Shown here: positions 57,901-64,000 of the stretch, piece by piece
Position numbering within the stretch: the stretch's first letter is position 1
Layout of the letters: each line of letters opens with the position of its first letter
DNA from: Eledone cirrhosa
Taxonomy: Eukaryota
Direction of reading: 5' to 3'
NCBI GenBank assembly: GCA_964016885.1
Contig: OZ024740.1
Location: 40,114,001-40,178,000, forward strand
Length of the DNA stretch: 64,000 nucleotides
Program-made: the position numbers and the translations under genes
Notes under the pieces: generated by a model
The model's database searches: none
Told to the model about the DNA's origin: nothing
Seen by the model: only the letters and a program-made list of their open reading frames with translations

Positions 57901-60900
57901 AGTTATTGACACATTACAATACAATACACAGTTACTGACACATTAGAATACGATACACAGTTATTGACACATTACAATACAATACACAGTTACTGACACA
58001 TTACAATACGATACACAGTTATTGACACATTACAATACAATACACAGTTACTGACACATTACAATACAATACACAGTTATTGACACATTACAATACAATA
58101 CACAGTTATTGACACATTACAATACCATACACTGTTACTGACACATTAGAATACAATACACAGTTATTGACACATTACAATACAATACACAGTTATTGAC
58201 ACATTACAATAGAATACACAGTTATTGACACATTACAATAAAATACACAGTTACTGACACATTACAATACACAGTTATTGACACATTACAATACAATACA
58301 GTTATTGACACATTAGAATACAATACACAGTTACTGACACATTACAATACACAGTTACTGACACGTTAGAATACAATACACAGTTATTGACACATTACAA
58401 TACAATACCATACACAGTTACCGACACATTACAATACAATACACAGTTATTGACACATTACAATACAATACACAGTTATTGACACATTACAATACTATAC
58501 ACAGTTACTGACACATTACAATACAAAGTTATTGACACATTACAATACAATACACAGTTATTGACACATTACAATGCAATACAATACACAGTTACTGCCA
58601 CATTACAATACAATACACAGTTACTGACACATTACAATACAATACACAGTTATTGACACATTACAATACAATACACAGTTACTGACACATTACAATACAA
58701 TACACAGTTATTGACACATTACAATACAATACACAGTTACTGACACATTACAATACAATACACAGTTATTGACACATTACAATACAATACACAGTTATTG
58801 ACACATTACAATACCATACACTGTTACTGACACATTAGAATACAATACACAGTTATTGACACATTACAATACAATACACAGTTATTGACACATTACAATA
58901 CAATACACAGTTATTGACACATTACAATACAATACACAGTTATTGACACATTACAATACAATACACAGTTACTGACACATTACAATACAATACACAGTTA
59001 CTGACACATTAGAATACAATACACAGTTATTGACACATTAGAGTACAATACAGTTATTGACACATTACAATACAATACAGTTATTGACACATTACAATAC
59101 AATACAATACACAGTTATTGACACATTACAATACAATACACAGTTATTGACACATTACAATACAATACACAGTTACTGACACATTAGAATACAATACACA
59201 GTTATTGACACATTACAATACAATACACAGTTACTGACACATTAGAATACAATACACAGTTATTGACACATTACAATACAGTACACAGTTATTGACACAT
59301 TACAATACACAGTTATTGACACATTACAATACAATACACAGTTACTGACACATTACAATACAATACACAGTTACTGACACACTACAATACAATACACAGT
59401 TATTGACACATTACAATACAATACACAGTTATTGACAATACAATAAACAGTTACTGACACATTACAATATAATACACAGTTATTGACACATTAGAATACA
59501 ATACACAGTTATTGACACATTAGAATACAATAAACAGTTATTGACACATTACAATACAATACACAGTTATTGACACATTACAATACAATACACAGTTATT
59601 GACACATTAGAATACAATACACAGTTATTGACACATTACAATACACAGTTATTGACACATTACAATACACAGTTATTGACACAATACAATACACAATTAC
59701 TGACACATTACAATACAATACACAGTTACTGACACATTAGAATACAATACACAGTTATTGACACATTACAATACAATACACAGTTATTGACCCATTACAA
59801 TACAATACACAGTTATTGACATTAGAATACAATACACAGTTACTGACACATTACAATATAATACACAGTTATTGACACTTTACAATACAATACACAGTTA
59901 TTGACACATTACAATACCATACACTGTTACTGACACATTAGAATACAATACACAGTTATTGACACATTACAATAGAATACACAGTTATTGACACATTACA
60001 ATAGAATACACAGTTATTGACACATTACAATACAATACACAGTTACTGACACATTACAATACACAGTTACTGACACGTTACAATACAATACACAGTTATT
60101 GACACATTAGAATACAATACACAGTTATTGACACATTACAATACAATACCATACACAGTTACCGACACATTACAATACACAGTCACTGACACATTACAAT
60201 ACAATACACAGTTATTGACCCATTACAATACAATACACAGTTATTGACACATTACAATACAATACACAGTTACTGACACATTACAATACAATACACAGTT
60301 ATTGACACATTACAATACAATACACAGTTATTGACACATTAGAATACAATACACAGTTACTGACACATTACAATACACAGTTATTGAGACATTACAATAC
60401 AATACAGTTATTGACACATTAGAATACAATACACAGTTACTGACACATTAAAATACACAGTTACTGACACGTTACAATACAATACACAGTTATTGACAAA
60501 TTACAATACAATACCATACACAGTTACCGACACATTACAATACACAGTCACTGACACATTACAATACAATACACAGTTATTGACCCATTGCAATACAATA
60601 CACAGTTATTGACATTACAATACAATACACAGTTATTGACACGTTACAATACAATACACAGTTACTGACACATTACAATACAATACACAGTTATTGACAC
60701 ATTAGAATACAATACACAGTTACTGACACATTACAATACAATACACAGTTATTGACACATTACAATACAATACACAGTTATTGACACGTTACAATACAAT
60801 ACACAGTTATTGACACATTACAATACAATACACATTTACTGACACATTAGAATACAATACACAGTTACTGACACATTACAATACACAGTTATTGACACGT

Positions 60901-63900
60901 TACAATACAATTCACAGTTACTGAGTCATTTGAATACAATACACAGTTATTGACACATTACAATATAATACACAGTTACTGACACATTACAATACAATAC
61001 ACAGTTATTGACACATTACAATACAATACACATTTACTGACACATTAGAATACAATACACAGTTATTGACACATTACAATACAATACACAGTTACTGACA
61101 CATTAGAATACAATACACAGTTATTAACACGTTACAATACAATACACAGTTACTGACACGTTACAATACAATACACAGTTATTGACACATTACAATACAA
61201 TACACAGTTATTGACACATTACAATACACAGTTATTGACATATTAGAATACAATACACAGTTATTGACACATTACAATACAATACACAGTTATTGACACA
61301 TTACAATACACAGTTATTGACACATTACAATACACAGTTATTGACACATTAGAATACAATACACAGTTATTGACACATTACAATACAATACACAGTTACT
61401 GACACATTAGAATACAATACACAGTTATTGACACATTACAATACAATACACAGTTATCGACACATTAGAATACAATACACAGTTACTGACACATTAGAAT
61501 ACAATACACAGTTATTGACACATTACAATACAATACACAGTTACTGACACATTACAATACAATACACAGTTATTGACACATTACAATACAAGACACAGTT
61601 ATTGACACATTACAAGACAATACACAGTTATTGACACATTACAATACAATACACAGTTACTGACACATTAGAATACAATACACAGTTATTGACACATTAC
61701 AATACAATACACAGTTACTGACACATTAGAATACAATACACAGTTATTGACACATTACAATACAATACACAGTTATTGACACATTACAATACAATACACA
61801 GTTACTGACACATTAGAATACAATACACAGTTATTGACACATTACAATACAATACACAGTTATTGACACATTACAATAGAATACACAGTTATTGACACAT
61901 TACAATAGAATACACAGTTATTGACACATTACAATACAATACAGTTATTGACACATTAGAATACAATACACAGTTACTGACACATTACAATACACAGTTA
62001 CTGACACGTTACAATACAATACACAGTTATTGACACATTAGAATACAATACACAGTTATTGACACATTACAATACAATACCATACACAGTTACCGACACA
62101 TTACAATACACAGTCACTGACACATTACAATACAATACACAGTTATTGACCCATTACAATACAATACACAGTTATTGACACATTACAATACAATACACAG
62201 TTACTGACACATTACAATACAATACACAGTTATTGACACGTTACAATACAATACACAGTTACTGACACATTACAATACAATACACAGTTATTGACACATT
62301 AGAATACAATACACAGTTACTGACACATTACAATACACAGTTATTGAGACATTACAATACAATACAGTTATTGACACATTAGAATACAATACACAGTTAC
62401 TGACACATTAAAATACACAGTTACTGACACGTTACAATACAATACACAGTTATTGACAAATTACAATACAATACCATACACAGTTACCGACACATTACAA
62501 TACACAGTCACTGACACATTACAATACAATACACAGTTATTGACCCATTGCAATACAATACACAGTTATTGACATTACAATACAATACACAGTTATTGAC
62601 ACGTTACAATACAATACACAGTTACTGACACATTACAATACAATACACAGTTATTGACACATTAGAATACAATACACAGTTATTGACACATTACAATACA
62701 ATACCATACACAGTTACCGACACATTACAATACACAGTCACTGACACATTACAATACAATACACAGTTATTGACCCATTACAATACAATACACAGTTATT
62801 GACACATTACAATACAATACACAGTTACTGACACATTAGAATACAATACACAGTTACTGACACATTACAATACACAGTTATTGAGACATTACAATACAAT
62901 ACAGTTATTGACACATTAGAATACAATACACAGTTACTGACACATTAAAATACACAGTTACTGACACGTTACAATACAATACACAGTTATTGACAAATTA
63001 CAATACAATACCATACACAGTTACCGACACATTACAATACACAGTCTCTGACACATTACAATACAATACACAGTTATTGACCCATTGCAATACAATACAC
63101 AGTTATTGACATTACAATACAATACACAGTTATTGACACGTTACAATACAATACACAGTTACTGACACATTACAATACAATACACAGTTATTGACACATT
63201 AGAATACAATACACAGTTACTGACACATTACAATACAATACACAGTTATTGACACATTACAATACAATACACAGTTATTGACACGTTACAATACAATACA
63301 CAGTTATTGACACATTACAATACAATACACATTTACTGACACATTAGAATACAATACACAGTTACTGACACATTACAATACACAGTTATTGACACGTTAC
63401 AATACAATTCACAGTTACTGAGTCATTTGAATACAATACACAGTTATTGACACATTACAATATAATACACAGTTACTGACACATTACAATACAATACACA
63501 GTTATTGACACATTACAATACAATACACATTTACTGACACATTAGAATACAATACACAGTTATTGACACATTACAATACAATACACAGTTACTGACACAT
63601 TAGAATACAATACACAGTTATTAACACGTTACAATACAATACACAGTTACTGACACGTTACAATACAATACACAGTTATTGACACATTACAATACAATAC
63701 ACAGTTATTGACACATTACAATACACAGTTATTGACACATTAGAATACAATACACAGTTATTGACACATTACAATACAATACACAGTTATTGACACATTA
63801 CAATACACAGTTATTGACACATTAGAATACAATACACAGTTATTGACACATTACAATACAATACACAGTTACTGACACATTAGAATACAATACACAGTTA

Positions 63901-64000
63901 TTGACACATTACAATACAATACACAGTTATCGACACATTAGAATACAATACACAGTTACTGACACATTAGAATACAATACACAGTTATTGACACATTACA
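33971..64000. repeat. 29-bp satellite array (GTTA[T/C]TGACACATTA[C/G]AATACAATACACA, with 24- and 34-bp variants), >=30 kb, roughly 1050 monomers, open at right edge
   Basis: Directly visible; length variants differ by one ATACA pentamer. No unique sequence interrupts the array. Confidence 0.99.

Noticed and set aside
1-64000. CRISPR-like or other prokaryotic repeat system
   Set aside because: There are no unique spacers and no cas genes, and the genes present have spliceosomal introns.
1-64000. Telomeric or centromeric identity of the arrays
   Set aside because: No TTAGGG-type units are present and the arrays abut splice acceptors. Centromere function cannot be read from sequence.
33971-64000. 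Recursive splice sites in the C-variant units (minus strand gtgtCAGTAAC)
   Set aside because: AG and GT overlap instead of forming AG|GT, and there is no true polypyrimidine tract.

Overview
Eukaryotic (animal) genomic DNA. The retroposon tails and SINEs resemble those of coleoid cephalopods (Octopus-like; this assignment is from recall, not a search). About 80% of the window is two tandem arrays: a 17/19-bp satellite (1-~21290) and a 29-bp satellite (33971-64000). Between them is a ~12.7-kb island with two convergent spliced genes. TIMM22 (+) has a complete 4-exon CDS of 185 aa (21361-26488). ROGDI (-) is represented by its last three coding exons (33907-29973). The island also holds RTE and CR1-like LINE fragments, SINE remnants, two inverted piggyBac-type MITEs, a probable non-autonomous Helitron and small minisatellites. 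The main observation is that both satellites appear to be intronic, and each stops within ~45-65 nt of a branch point/3' splice site. The left array is almost free of AG on the TIMM22 sense strand. The right array, read on the ROGDI sense strand, is one base away from a repeated poly(A) signal. The ORFs listed inside the arrays are repeat artefacts.
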